DNA of 41,578 bases from Solirubrobacteraceae bacterium (GTDB lineage Bacteria; Actinomycetota; Thermoleophilia; Solirubrobacterales; Solirubrobacteraceae). A model generated the notes under the pieces. The model was not told where the DNA came from. It ran no database searches and was given only the letters and a program-made list of their open reading frames with translations. This document shows, in pieces, positions 19,833 to 28,498 of this stretch. The stretch covers positions 1-41,578 of the forward strand of contig JBDTEE010000151.1 in NCBI GenBank assembly GCA_039922645.1, written 5' to 3'. Positions within the stretch are counted from its first letter, which is position 1. The number at the start of each line of letters is the position of its first letter. The position numbers and the translations under genes were made by a program.

Positions 19833-20597
19833 ATGGCGGTGACATCAGGCACCGATCCATTGGCAGGGCCCGTAGGGTCTGGCGTGCTGTTCAAGCGGTG
19901 GCAGGGATCTCGCGATCGACGTGCTCGGGACACGCTGATCGAGCGTTTTCTTCCCCTGGCCCGCAAGCTCGCTCGCCGCTACGCGGCGTCCAACGAGCCC
20001 TACGACGATCTGGTTCAGGTGGCGAGCCTCGGCTTGGTCAAGGCTGTGGAGCGCTTCGATCCCGACCGTGGCTTCGCCTTCACCTCGTTCGCCGTCCCGA
20101 CTATTGTTGGCGAGCTCAAGCGGTACTTCCGAGACACCGGGTGGGCGTTGCACGTGGACCGCAGCGCCCAGGAGCGGGCGCGTAGGATCGCCGATGCGCG
20201 GCGGGAGATCGCCGGGCGTCTGCGTCGAGGCCCGACCGTGGTCGAGCTGGCCGAGTATCTGGAGTGCAGCACGGGGGAGGTGCTGGACGGACTGCAGGTG
20301 GGCGAGGCCTACGACACGGTCTCGCTGGACGCTCCGCGGCCCAACGATGACGGCGGCGCGGTCAGCCGACTGGAAGCACTCGGCGATGAGGATGACCGGC
20401 TGGTCATGGTCGACGAGCAGGCAACGATATTTACCGCCGCCCAGGACCTGCCCGAGCGTGAGCGGCAAATTCTCTTCCTGCGCTTCAGTCAGGACCTCAC
20501 GCAGACCGAGATCGCCGAGCGCGTCGGCGTATCCCAGATGCAGGTTTCCCGGCTGCTCAGGCGCTCCCTACAGCGCCTGCGCGATGCCTGCAGTTAG
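19833..20597 (+). CDS. SigB/SigF/SigG-family sigma factor
   Basis: DDLVQVASLGLVKAVERFDP..FAVPTIVGELKRYFRD; TQTEIAERVGVSQMQVSR; SD AGGAGG. Confidence 0.95.
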   Translation: MAVTSGTDPLAGPVGSGVLFKRWQGSRDRRARDTLIERFLPLARKLARRYAASNEPYDDLVQVASLGLVKAVERFDPDRGFAFTSFAVPTIVGELKRYFRDTGWALHVDRSAQERARRIADARREIAGRLRRGPTVVELAEYLECSTGEVLDGLQVGEAYDTVSLDAPRPNDDGGAVSRLEALGDEDDRLVMVDEQATIFTAAQDLPERERQILFLRFSQDLTQTEIAERVGVSQMQVSRLLRRSLQRLRDACS

Positions 20598-20619
20598 CCC
20601 CCCGGAGAGGCGGGGCCGG

Positions 20620-20943
20620 CTAGCGCTCCTCGTCGGGCCCTTCGCTGGTGTGCTCCTCGTCGGCTTCGGCGCCGTCATTCTGCCGGGAATCCTCATCCTG
20701 ATATGAGGCGTCCTGGAGAATCCGGCCGGCTGAGTATTCGTCGCCATGGCTGGCGTGCTCGATCAGCTCCTCCTCGGCGAGCTCGAAGCCTTCTGACTCG
20801 CCCTCGCCGGCCTCGATGAGCGGCGCCTGGGCGGGGTCCAGCTCGTCGGCATCGACGCCGGGCGGCTCAGAGCTGGGACGGCCGCCGATCGCGCGCGCCT
20901 CAGCGGCGGCCGCGTCCTCCTGCTCGCGCTCGAACTCGCTCAT
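20620..20943 (-). CDS. Small highly acidic hypothetical protein
   Basis: D/E-rich 107 aa, PLIEAGEGESEGFELAEEELIEHASHGD; ATGA coupling to upstream oxidoreductase. Confidence 0.75.
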   Translation of the reverse strand: MSEFEREQEDAAAAEARAIGGRPSSEPPGVDADELDPAQAPLIEAGEGESEGFELAEEELIEHASHGDEYSAGRILQDASYQDEDSRQNDGAEADEEHTSEGPDEER

Positions 20944-21815
20944 CGGTTCTCCGCCGAAGGGGCACTGGCCCAGTAGGTGGCGGCCATGTCCTCATTGCCG
21001 TGGCCAGCGTTCTCAACCGTACGCATGCGGGCGACGATAGCGTCCATGATCGGTAGCTGCAGCCCCGCATCGGCAGCGGCGGCCAAGAGCAAATCCCCAT
21101 CCTTGCGGGCCAGGGCGAGCTTGAAGGAAGCGGCGCTGAAGTCGTGGCTCATCATCATCCTGCCCTTCAGCGGGGCATAGGGCAAATCGAGGGAGCCGCC
21201 CTCGATGGCGTCGAAGAACACCTGAGGATCGAGGTCCAGTGCCTCAGCCAATGTGATCACCTCGGCCAGCACGCCGACCACGCCAACGACCCATCCGTTG
21301 ACCACAACCTTGGCCCGCGAACCGGTCCCGGCCTCGCCGAGCCACAGCGTGCGCGAGCCCACGGCGTCGAACACGGGCGCGACACGATCCCGAGCCGACT
21401 CGGGGCCCGAGGCGAGGACGATCAGCTTGCCCTGTTCAGCCGGGTCGCGGGTGCCCAGCACGGGCGCGTCGACAAAGCTCACGCCGGCCGTCGAGGCCAG
21501 CTCGGCGCAGCGCTCCGTGGCCTTGATGCCGATCGTGCTCATCTGGATCCAGATCGCGTCATCGGCCAAAGCCGAGAGCGCCTTCTCAGCGGTCTCGATG
21601 ACCGCATCCCCATCGCTGAGCATGGTCACCAGCAGGCGACACCCCTCAGCGGCGTTACGAGGATCAGAGGCCACCTCGGCCCCGTCCTCCGCCAGCGGTT
21701 GCGCGCGCTCGGGTGTGCGGTTCCAGACCCGCACGGAGAATCGGCCGGACTTGATCACGTTGCGGGCCATCGGCAGACCCATCGTGCCGGTGCCCAGGAA
21801 GGCTAGTTCAGTCAC
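20940..21815 (-). CDS. NAD(P)-dependent oxidoreductase, beta-hydroxyacid dehydrogenase family
   Basis: AFLGTGTMG..WNRT, FVDAPVLG, KVVVN, FKLALARKD. Confidence 0.92.
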   Translation of the reverse strand: MTELAFLGTGTMGLPMARNVIKSGRFSVRVWNRTPERAQPLAEDGAEVASDPRNAAEGCRLLVTMLSDGDAVIETAEKALSALADDAIWIQMSTIGIKATERCAELASTAGVSFVDAPVLGTRDPAEQGKLIVLASGPESARDRVAPVFDAVGSRTLWLGEAGTGSRAKVVVNGWVVGVVGVLAEVITLAEALDLDPQVFFDAIEGGSLDLPYAPLKGRMMMSHDFSAASFKLALARKDGDLLLAAAADAGLQLPIMDAIVARMRTVENAGHGNEDMAATYWASAPSAENR

Positions 21816-21824
21816 AGTCGTTGG

Positions 21825-21849
21825 GTACCCCGGCGAATGCCACGCAAAC
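21825..21849 (-). promoter_or_regulatory. SigB/SigF-type promoter
   Basis: GTTT-N15-GGGTAC ending 9 nt before GTG 21815. Confidence 0.7.
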
Positions 21850-21859
21850 GCGGCGGCAG

Positions 21860-22807
21860 TCAGGTCCCGTAGCGCAGGTGCATCCGTAGCCGGGTCCCAC
21901 CCTCCCCAGTGCGCAGCTCGACCAGGTCGCAGAGCTGGTTGATCAGCCACAGTCCGCGGCCTCCCGCGGCGTCGGTAGGAGGCCGGCGCCGTCCGACCAG
22001 GGCGTCACCAAGCCGCGAACTGGTTACCACCTCCGAAACCACGGTGTCGCCGTCGTTCCAGAGCCGGGTCGTGCAGCGTCCGTCCCCATGTTTCACGGCG
22101 TTGGTAGCCGCCTCGTTGATTACGAAGATGAGATCCGCACGGCGCTCGCGATCAAGTGACTCGGCCACTGGATCAGCGGCGATGGCGGCACGCAACGACT
22201 GGAGATCCCCGCCGAAGTCGAACTCGGAGATCGGTTCGCGGCCCTCTTCGAGGGGCCAGCGCGTGCCCTCCAGCACCTCCAACGGATCGGCGTACAGGTC
22301 GCTGGTTCGTCGGGTGCCGTTGGTCACCAACCGCGGATGGGTCAGGGCTGCGCCCTCCAGGGTCTCGGGCTCGAGGCGGTGAGCGTGATAGGCGGACAGG
22401 ATGGAGGCCTGGCGCGGAGCGAGCACGTGGTTCAGCAGCGCCTCATGGCGCAGCACCTCGACCACTTCAGCGTGCCGGCGACCTGGCCACACAGGCTCGT
22501 CGATCATCCGGACCGGACCGTCATGGTCCTCGATCCAATCCGCAAACAGGTCGAGCAGGCACGCGGGATTCCGTCCGCATGCGGACATGTCCTCGAAGTG
22601 CAACTCGGCCCCGCTGTCGCAGACCGCGCTGCGAACGACGTTCTCGCTGGCGGCGGGCAGCACCACCAGCACCGGCTCGCCGGCCCGGGCCGCCTGGACG
22701 GCGAAATCCGAGACAACATCGCCAAGATGCCCGTCGTTTCGGTATAACAGGGCTTCGTGGATCAGGGCCGGACTGGTCTGCGCTTCGGTTGTTCGCTGCT
22801 CGTTCAC
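21860..22807 (-). CDS. MEDS-domain sensor fused to RsbW-like anti-sigma kinase
   Basis: HEALLY..GRNPA..EPVWPGR..HEALLN (MEDS); NEAATNAVKHG..GGRGLWLINQLCD (HATPase). Confidence 0.9.
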   Translation of the reverse strand: MNEQRTTEAQTSPALIHEALLYRNDGHLGDVVSDFAVQAARAGEPVLVVLPAASENVVRSAVCDSGAELHFEDMSACGRNPACLLDLFADWIEDHDGPVRMIDEPVWPGRRHAEVVEVLRHEALLNHVLAPRQASILSAYHAHRLEPETLEGAALTHPRLVTNGTRRTSDLYADPLEVLEGTRWPLEEGREPISEFDFGGDLQSLRAAIAADPVAESLDRERRADLIFVINEAATNAVKHGDGRCTTRLWNDGDTVVSEVVTSSRLGDALVGRRRPPTDAAGGRGLWLINQLCDLVELRTGEGGTRLRMHLRYGT

Positions 22808-22927
22808 GTCACCCGCCGTCCTCAGCTGTACCTTACGTACCGTTTCCAGGTGGATCGAGTTCCAAACTCCTTGCCCCCCTCAGATCGGCGACAAGCAACG
22901 CCGCTTACCAGTAGGCTCGACGCCAGC

Positions 22928-23272
22928 GTGCAGAGCGAGTTTCGGGTAGATGTGCGTACCGAGGGCCAGACGGCGATTGTTGTCGTGCGCGGTGAGCTCG
23001 ACTTGGCCACGAGTCCGGAGCTCGAAGCGCAGCTGCAAAAGGTCTGGGACTCCGGCAACGAGCAGCTGGTCATTGACCTGCGCGAGCTCGAGTTCATGGA
23101 CTCGACCGGCCTCAGCATCATCGTCAAGGCTCATCAGCGCCTCACTGAGGGCGGTCGTCAACTCAGCATCGTCCGAGGCTCGCAGCAGGTTCAGCGGCTG
23201 CTCGACCTGACCGGGGTATCCGAGCGTCTCCAGCTTGTCGATACCCCAGAGGAGATCCTCGACGGTGTCTGA
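22928..23272 (+). CDS. STAS-domain anti-sigma factor antagonist (RsbV-like)
   Basis: VRGELDLAT..LVIDLRELEFMDSTGL (phospho-Ser)..RLLDLTG. Confidence 0.93.
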   Translation: MQSEFRVDVRTEGQTAIVVVRGELDLATSPELEAQLQKVWDSGNEQLVIDLRELEFMDSTGLSIIVKAHQRLTEGGRQLSIVRGSQQVQRLLDLTGVSERLQLVDTPEEILDGV

Positions 23273-23368
23273 GGACTCCGCCTCGGGGTAGGAGGCAAGG
23301 ACCTGCTCGACGCAGCGGCACTCGGGGCGCGACTTCTAAGCGGGAACGAACCGGAGTTCGTCGAGCTG

Positions 23369-24997
23369 TTGGAGACACTCGGTGAGGCGGTCACCATCCG
23401 CGACAGCGGCGACGCGCTGGTCTACGCCAACCGCGCCGCCCTGCACCACCTCGGCTTCGAGACCCTGGCTGAGCTCCAGGACCAGGGGCTGCACGCGGTC
23501 ATGGACGAATACATCGTGCATGACGAGCACGGGCGGCGACTGACCATGGCCGACATCCCATCGGTCCGGCTGTTACACGGCGAGAGGCCCGAGCCGCTGT
23601 TGCTTCAGTCCGTACACCGGGTCAGCGGCGAGGCGCGGTGGGAGCTGCTCAAAACGGCCGGACTGCGCGATGCCGACGGGCGTCCGACCGTCGCCATCAC
23701 CGTGATCGAGGATCTGACTGCCGTCAAGACGGCTGAGGTGCATATGCGGGTGCTCTCCGAGTCGGGGCGCATCTTCGCCGCCTCGCTGGACTCGCTCCAG
23801 ACGCTCCGCAACGTGGCCGAGGTCGCCGTTCCCGGTCTGGCTGACTGGTGCGTAGTGGATGTGCTCGGGTCGAGCGGTCAGCGCGAGCGCGTGGGCACCG
23901 CCCATCGGGACCCGGCGAGGCGAGCGCTCATGGCCGAGCTACGGCGCGGAGAACCTGATCCCATTGATCCGACGTCGACGCTTGGTCGGGTGATCCGCAA
24001 CGGGGCATCGGAGCTCTACACGGAGATGAGCGAGGAGTATCTGGTCCAGGTGGCCCGTAGCCCGGCCCAGCTCGAGGCGCTGCGAGCCCTGGCCATCCGC
24101 TCAGCGATGGTCATACCGATGCGGGTCCATTCACGAACCGTCGGCGTGATGACCTTTGGTACCTCGGAGGAGTGGGGGCGCCAGCTGGGCGAGGATGACG
24201 TTGCCCTGGCCGAGCAGCTCGCTGCCCGAGCCGCCATCGCCGTCGAGAACTCGCGCCTGCACACCACCCTGCGCCGGGTCTCGGAAACGCTGCAGCAGAG
24301 CCTTCTGCCTCAGGAGCCACCCGAAGTCCCGGGCTGGGACATCGCCGCCCTGTACCGGCCCGCCGGGGAGAGTCAGCGAGTTGAGGTGGGCGGTGATTTC
24401 TACGACGTGTTCGAGACCGAGACAGCGGCGCTGGCGGTGATCGGGGACGTGACCGGCCACGGCGTAACGGCCGCCACCACCACATCGCTGTTACGGCACG
24501 GAGCCCGGTTCGCCAGCCGGCTCGAGCCATATCCGGCCGCCATCCTCCATCGCCTCGACGAGGAGCTTCGCCAGAGCACGGCGAGCACGCTGGCCACCGC
24601 TCTGTGCGCGCGCATCACCCCCGGGCGGCTAGCGCTGAGCTCGGCCGGGCACCCACCCGCTCTGCTTCTCGACACCGAAGGCAACGTGCACGAGATAACC
24701 ACCGCGGGTCCGCTGCTCGGTGCGTTTGCCGACGCGCAATGGACTGAGGAGACCGTGCCGGTAACTGCGGGCCAGCTCGTGCTCCTCTACACCGACGGCG
24801 TCACCGAGACGGTCGGGAAGGAAAGCCGGTTCGGAGCCGAGCGGCTGAAGCAACTCGTCAGAGCGCACCGGAACAACAGCCCGGCCCAGCTGCTCGACGC
24901 GCTGGACCGCGCCTTGACCGACTTCCGCGACGACGACGCGGCCGACGATGTCGCCGCCCTGGCTCTGGCCCCCAGAGCTAGCGACGGTGGTCAATAA
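23369..24997 (+). CDS. PAS-GAF-PP2C (SpoIIE/RsbU-like) phosphatase; true start probably further upstream
   Basis: LVYANRAA (PAS), VPGLADWC..AIAVENSRL (GAF), VGGDFYD, IGDVTGHG, SAGHPP, LYTDGVTE, DDVA. Confidence 0.92.
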   Translation: METLGEAVTIRDSGDALVYANRAALHHLGFETLAELQDQGLHAVMDEYIVHDEHGRRLTMADIPSVRLLHGERPEPLLLQSVHRVSGEARWELLKTAGLRDADGRPTVAITVIEDLTAVKTAEVHMRVLSESGRIFAASLDSLQTLRNVAEVAVPGLADWCVVDVLGSSGQRERVGTAHRDPARRALMAELRRGEPDPIDPTSTLGRVIRNGASELYTEMSEEYLVQVARSPAQLEALRALAIRSAMVIPMRVHSRTVGVMTFGTSEEWGRQLGEDDVALAEQLAARAAIAVENSRLHTTLRRVSETLQQSLLPQEPPEVPGWDIAALYRPAGESQRVEVGGDFYDVFETETAALAVIGDVTGHGVTAATTTSLLRHGARFASRLEPYPAAILHRLDEELRQSTASTLATALCARITPGRLALSSAGHPPALLLDTEGNVHEITTAGPLLGAFADAQWTEETVPVTAGQLVLLYTDGVTETVGKESRFGAERLKQLVRAHRNNSPAQLLDALDRALTDFRDDDAADDVAALALAPRASDGGQ

Positions 24998-25817
24998 CGA
25001 CAACGCGCAGCAGCTCGCCGGCGCCATCGGGCACGATGCTGACCTCGTCGCTGAGCAGCGCCAACGGCGACCGCGCACCCTCGCCGGACCCGGCCTGAAG
25101 AACGTCGCTGGCCCCGGTCCGAAAGGGTCCGACGGTCAGCTCGAGCCGGCGTTCGGCCGAAGCCAACCTAGCGTGGACCCGTGAGCCGGAGCCCGCGCGC
25201 GAGGCGTGCGCGGCCAGCGTGTCGGTGACCAGATAGACGTCTGAGAAACGATCCAGGGAGAAATGGGCCGTCGCCGCCAGGGTCCGGGCCAGGCGGCCAA
25301 GCACGGCGGGGAGCAGCGTCACCGGAGAAAGCGAGACCACCAGCTCGTCAATGCCGGGCCGCGCCCACGGCTCCTCGGGCCCAGCGCTCACGGGGGCGTT
25401 GAGCAGCACATCTGAGCCCCGGCGACTGGCGAAATCCATCTGCACCCGCGTTCCTGCGCCGGGGCTCGATTCGAGAATGACGTCCTGCGCGAGAGCCCGA
25501 ATAACCGACAGGCCTATGCCCTCGGCGGGCTCGGCCGCCGCCAGGCCTGCGCCGCGATCCTCGACGTTGACGCGGATCTTCTCCTCGTCGATGAACAGGC
25601 TCACCGACATCGGGCCAGCCTCGCCACCGTAGGCGTGAAGGACAACGTTGTTGCAGGCCTCGCTGATCGCCGTCTTGAGATCATCGAGCAGCTCAGGATC
25701 GACAGCGAGAAGCTCGGCTACCCCAGCCAGCATCCCCCGAACGATGGTCAGTGTCTGGGGCCGGCTGGTGAGGTCGAGGCGGACGGTGGGTGCGTCAGTG
25801 CTCACTCCGGCTTCCAC
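24978..25817 (-). CDS. RsbW-like anti-sigma kinase with extra C-terminal domain
   Basis: DLKTAISEACNNVVLHAY..VEDRGAG..GIGLSVI..GTRV; start 25817 or 25805. Confidence 0.88.
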   Translation of the reverse strand: MEAGVSTDAPTVRLDLTSRPQTLTIVRGMLAGVAELLAVDPELLDDLKTAISEACNNVVLHAYGGEAGPMSVSLFIDEEKIRVNVEDRGAGLAAAEPAEGIGLSVIRALAQDVILESSPGAGTRVQMDFASRRGSDVLLNAPVSAGPEEPWARPGIDELVVSLSPVTLLPAVLGRLARTLAATAHFSLDRFSDVYLVTDTLAAHASRAGSGSRVHARLASAERRLELTVGPFRTGASDVLQAGSGEGARSPLALLSDEVSIVPDGAGELLRVVVIDHRR

Positions 25818-25862
25818 GAGGTACCAAACGCCGCGCCCGCCCCGATCGACGCATGTGGGGGC

Positions 25863-26675
25863 TCAGCGCCGGTGCGGGGGCGAATCGAGCTCGGTGAGCT
25901 CTGACAACTGGGCGATAGACCGGCGCAGGATACGAGAGACCTGCATTTGAGAGACGCCTATACTCTTCGCGATCTGGGTCTGCGTCAAGTCGTGGACGAA
26001 GCGGAGCGCCAGCACTTCGCGCTCCCGATCCGACAGCTGCCGCGCGGCGGTGCCAACCGTGACGCGCTCGTCGGCCAGTCGCAACTTGGGATCTTCGGCG
26101 CCGAACGCATCGACAACCGTCCCACTCTCGCCTTCGCCGTCGTCATACGGCGCATCGAGAGAAGAAGCATGGTGAGCGCGCGAGGTCTCAAGGGCCTCGA
26201 GAACCTCCTCGATGCTGAACTCGAGATATTCGGCGATCGCGGTAACGGTGGGAGCATGGCCGGTCTTGGCGCTCAGCTGCTGCTGAGCCTCCTCGACCTT
26301 CACCGCTCGCTCCTGTGCGCCGCGGGGCACGTGAACCGCCCAGCCGAGATCGCGAAAGTAACGCTTGAGCTCGCCGAGAATCGTCGGCACGGCGAACGAC
26401 GAGAACGCCGTGCCGCGGCTCGTGTCGTATCGGTCCACGGCCTTGACCAAGCCGAGGCTCGCCACCTGCAAGAGGTCCTCGAAGGGCTCGCGGGCGCCGC
26501 TATAGCGGCGGGCCAGCTTGCGGGCCAACGGCAGGAAGCGCTCAACGAGCTCATCTCGTGCGCTGCGATCACCGCCCTGCTGCCAACGGCCGAAGAGAAC
26601 CTCCACTTCCCGGCGGGTGAGAATCCGCGTGCGGCTGGGGCGGACGGCCTCCGGCCTTAGCGTCGAGGTCGGCAT
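25863..26675 (-). CDS. SigB/SigF/SigG-family sigma factor (paralogue 2)
   Basis: EDLLQVASLGLVKAVDRYD..FAVPTILGELKRYFRD..VHVPR; TQTQIAKSIGVSQMQVSR. Confidence 0.95.
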   Translation of the reverse strand: MPTSTLRPEAVRPSRTRILTRREVEVLFGRWQQGGDRSARDELVERFLPLARKLARRYSGAREPFEDLLQVASLGLVKAVDRYDTSRGTAFSSFAVPTILGELKRYFRDLGWAVHVPRGAQERAVKVEEAQQQLSAKTGHAPTVTAIAEYLEFSIEEVLEALETSRAHHASSLDAPYDDGEGESGTVVDAFGAEDPKLRLADERVTVGTAARQLSDREREVLALRFVHDLTQTQIAKSIGVSQMQVSRILRRSIAQLSELTELDSPPHRR

Positions 26676-26685
26676 CTGGGTAGTG

Positions 26686-26711
26686 ATACCCCATCCGGCG
26701 GCCCTCAATCC
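26686..26711 (-). promoter_or_regulatory. SigB/SigF-type promoter of the sigma gene
   Basis: GGATT-N15-GGGTAT ending 10 nt before ATG 26675. Confidence 0.7.
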
Positions 26712-26808
26712 GTTCGGTCAGAACTAGTGGCTCCCACCGGAACGGCGAGACCCACTCGGAGCAACCAGTTCTCATTCTTTCTGATCAAACGCTAGGCAAC
26801 CTCCCAGG

Positions 26809-27440
26809 TTGGGAGCGGAAGATGCAAGCTCGCCGGAAGAGACCGAGCCGGTCCGCGTGCTCGTCGTGGATGACGAGCCAAGCCTCGTTGACGTGATCTG
26901 CATGGCCCTGCGCCATCAGGGCTTAAAGGTCGCCGCAGCCGAGACGGGCAGCGAGGCGCTCAACGAGGCCCGGGCCTGGCGCCCCCACGCCATGGTCCTC
27001 GACGTGACGCCGCCCGACATGGATGGGTTCGAGGTAGCTCGCCGTCTCTCCGCCGAGCGGGCCGGGGTCCCGATCCTGTTTCTGAGCGCGCGCGACAACG
27101 CGGCCGACAAGGTCCGCGGGCTGACCACCGGCGGCGATGACTACGTGACCAAGCCCTTCTCTCTCGAGGAGCTGATTGCCGGCTGCGCAACATCTTGCGT
27201 CGCACCGGTGCCTACGGCGAGGAGCCCAGCCGACTCAGCTTCGCCGATCTGGAGATGGACGAGGAGACCCGGGAGGTGAACCGTGGGGGCCAGCCGATCG
27301 AGTTGACGGCGACCGAATATTGCCTCCTGCTCTACCTGCTCCTGAATCCCCGCCGAGTCCTCACCCGCGTACCGCTGCTCGATCACGTCTGGAGCTACGA
27401 CTTCGGGGGCGACGCCCGGGGTGCTTGAGACCTACGTCCA
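26809..27440 (+). pseudogene. OmpR/PhoP-family response regulator, two frameshifts and truncated
   Basis: VLVVDDE..LD..GGDDYVTKPFSLEELIA | RLRNILRR..LTATEY..VWSYDFGGDAR | VLETYV; shifts near 27180 and 27418-27421. Confidence 0.85.
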
Positions 27441-27672
27441 CCCCGGCTCGCTGCATCCCGGTGACACCGTCGTCGTCCGCGGGGTGGCCAACTCCTCGGG
27501 GACTCTCGTCGCCGCGACCGTCAGCGACTCTGGATCCGGATCCGTGTCCGGGTCCGGACGCGCTGGGACCTCGAGCTCCGGCGGCTCTGGGGGCGGCGGC
27601 GGGGGCCTCAGCTCACTCTTCTCGGCCGGCGGCGAAGCCGGCCCTTCGACAAAAGGACCGCATCAACATTGA
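27441..27672 (+). pseudogene. C-terminal remnant of an exported Gly/Ser-rich protein
   Basis: LHPGDTVVVRG..SGTLVAATVSD then G/S-rich tail, fused to the regulator remnant. Confidence 0.45.
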
Positions 27673-28070
27673 ACAGGACGCTTCTCCCCTTGCTAGCCGT
27701 GCTGGCCCTGGCCGGACTGCTGGCCGGTTGTGGCAGTAGCTCGAGCAGCTCGTCAAGCACTGTGGCTTCGGCAGCTGGCAGGAGCGGCGCGGGCAGGGCG
27801 ACGCGCACGAAGCTTGTCACCTGCCTGAAGGCGCACGGCCTGACCCTGCCCTCCCGACCGGCGGGCGCCAAGCGGCCGCCGGGGGGCGCCCCTGGCTTCT
27901 TCGGAGGGTTCGGCGACCAGCTGCCGGCCCCCAACCTGTCCGGGCACCGCGCGGTCTTCCCGACCCGCATCTCTACCGACGCCAAGGTCCGCGCGGCCGG
28001 TCGCGCGTGCGTGAGTCTGTTGCGGCCAGCGAGAGCGGGCGGCGGTCCTGGAGCGCCGCCAAGTGCGTGA
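27669..28070 (+). CDS. Putative lipoprotein (possibly degenerate)
   Basis: Signal peptide with lipobox LAGC, poly-Ser, CLKAHG..AC motif. Confidence 0.6.
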   Translation: MNRTLLPLLAVLALAGLLAGCGSSSSSSSSTVASAAGRSGAGRATRTKLVTCLKAHGLTLPSRPAGAKRPPGGAPGFFGGFGDQLPAPNLSGHRAVFPTRISTDAKVRAAGRACVSLLRPARAGGGPGAPPSA

Positions 28071-28135
28071 GGTGAGGTGCGGTGCGTAAAGGGCAGCCGG
28101 AGAGGGAGGAGAGTGCCCGCCGCCGTGTGGCGGGC

Positions 28136-28370
28136 ATGCAGTTCGCGACAAATCCGCCGGCTCGCTTTGGGATTTGCCCGGTAGCGCGCGCTCAGCCCCA
28201 ACTTTGCGCCAAAGCCGCTGGGCGGAGCCGGATTTGTCCGCCTTTGCATGGTCGGCTGGAGTTTCCGGAAAACTGATCACCCCGACCCCACTTTTCCGGA
28301 AACAGCAGCCTGAGCCCCACGTTTTCGGAAAACGCGGACCGGCCAAAACAGTTTTCCGATTTCTGCAGGC
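28136..28370. repeat. Non-coding palindromic repeat element with 30-nt periodicity
   Basis: Perfect 10-bp IRs 28147-56/28229-38 and 28266-75/28349-58; TTT(T/C)CGGAAA-like palindromes at 28261, 28292, 28321, 28351. Confidence 0.75.
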
Positions 28371-28498
28371 CGGGAAGCGCACACTCCTTCTCCCTCCCAG
28401 CTGCCGTTACCCCACCGCGCCCCGAACTCCGACCGAGGATCCAGGGGAAACCGGCCGCCCCACCCCAACAGCGCGTGTAGCTACGCTGCACGAAGCGT

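Noticed and set aside
28136-28370. CRISPR array
   Set aside because: Units are degenerate, the 30-nt period is too short for repeat plus spacer, and no cas genes are present
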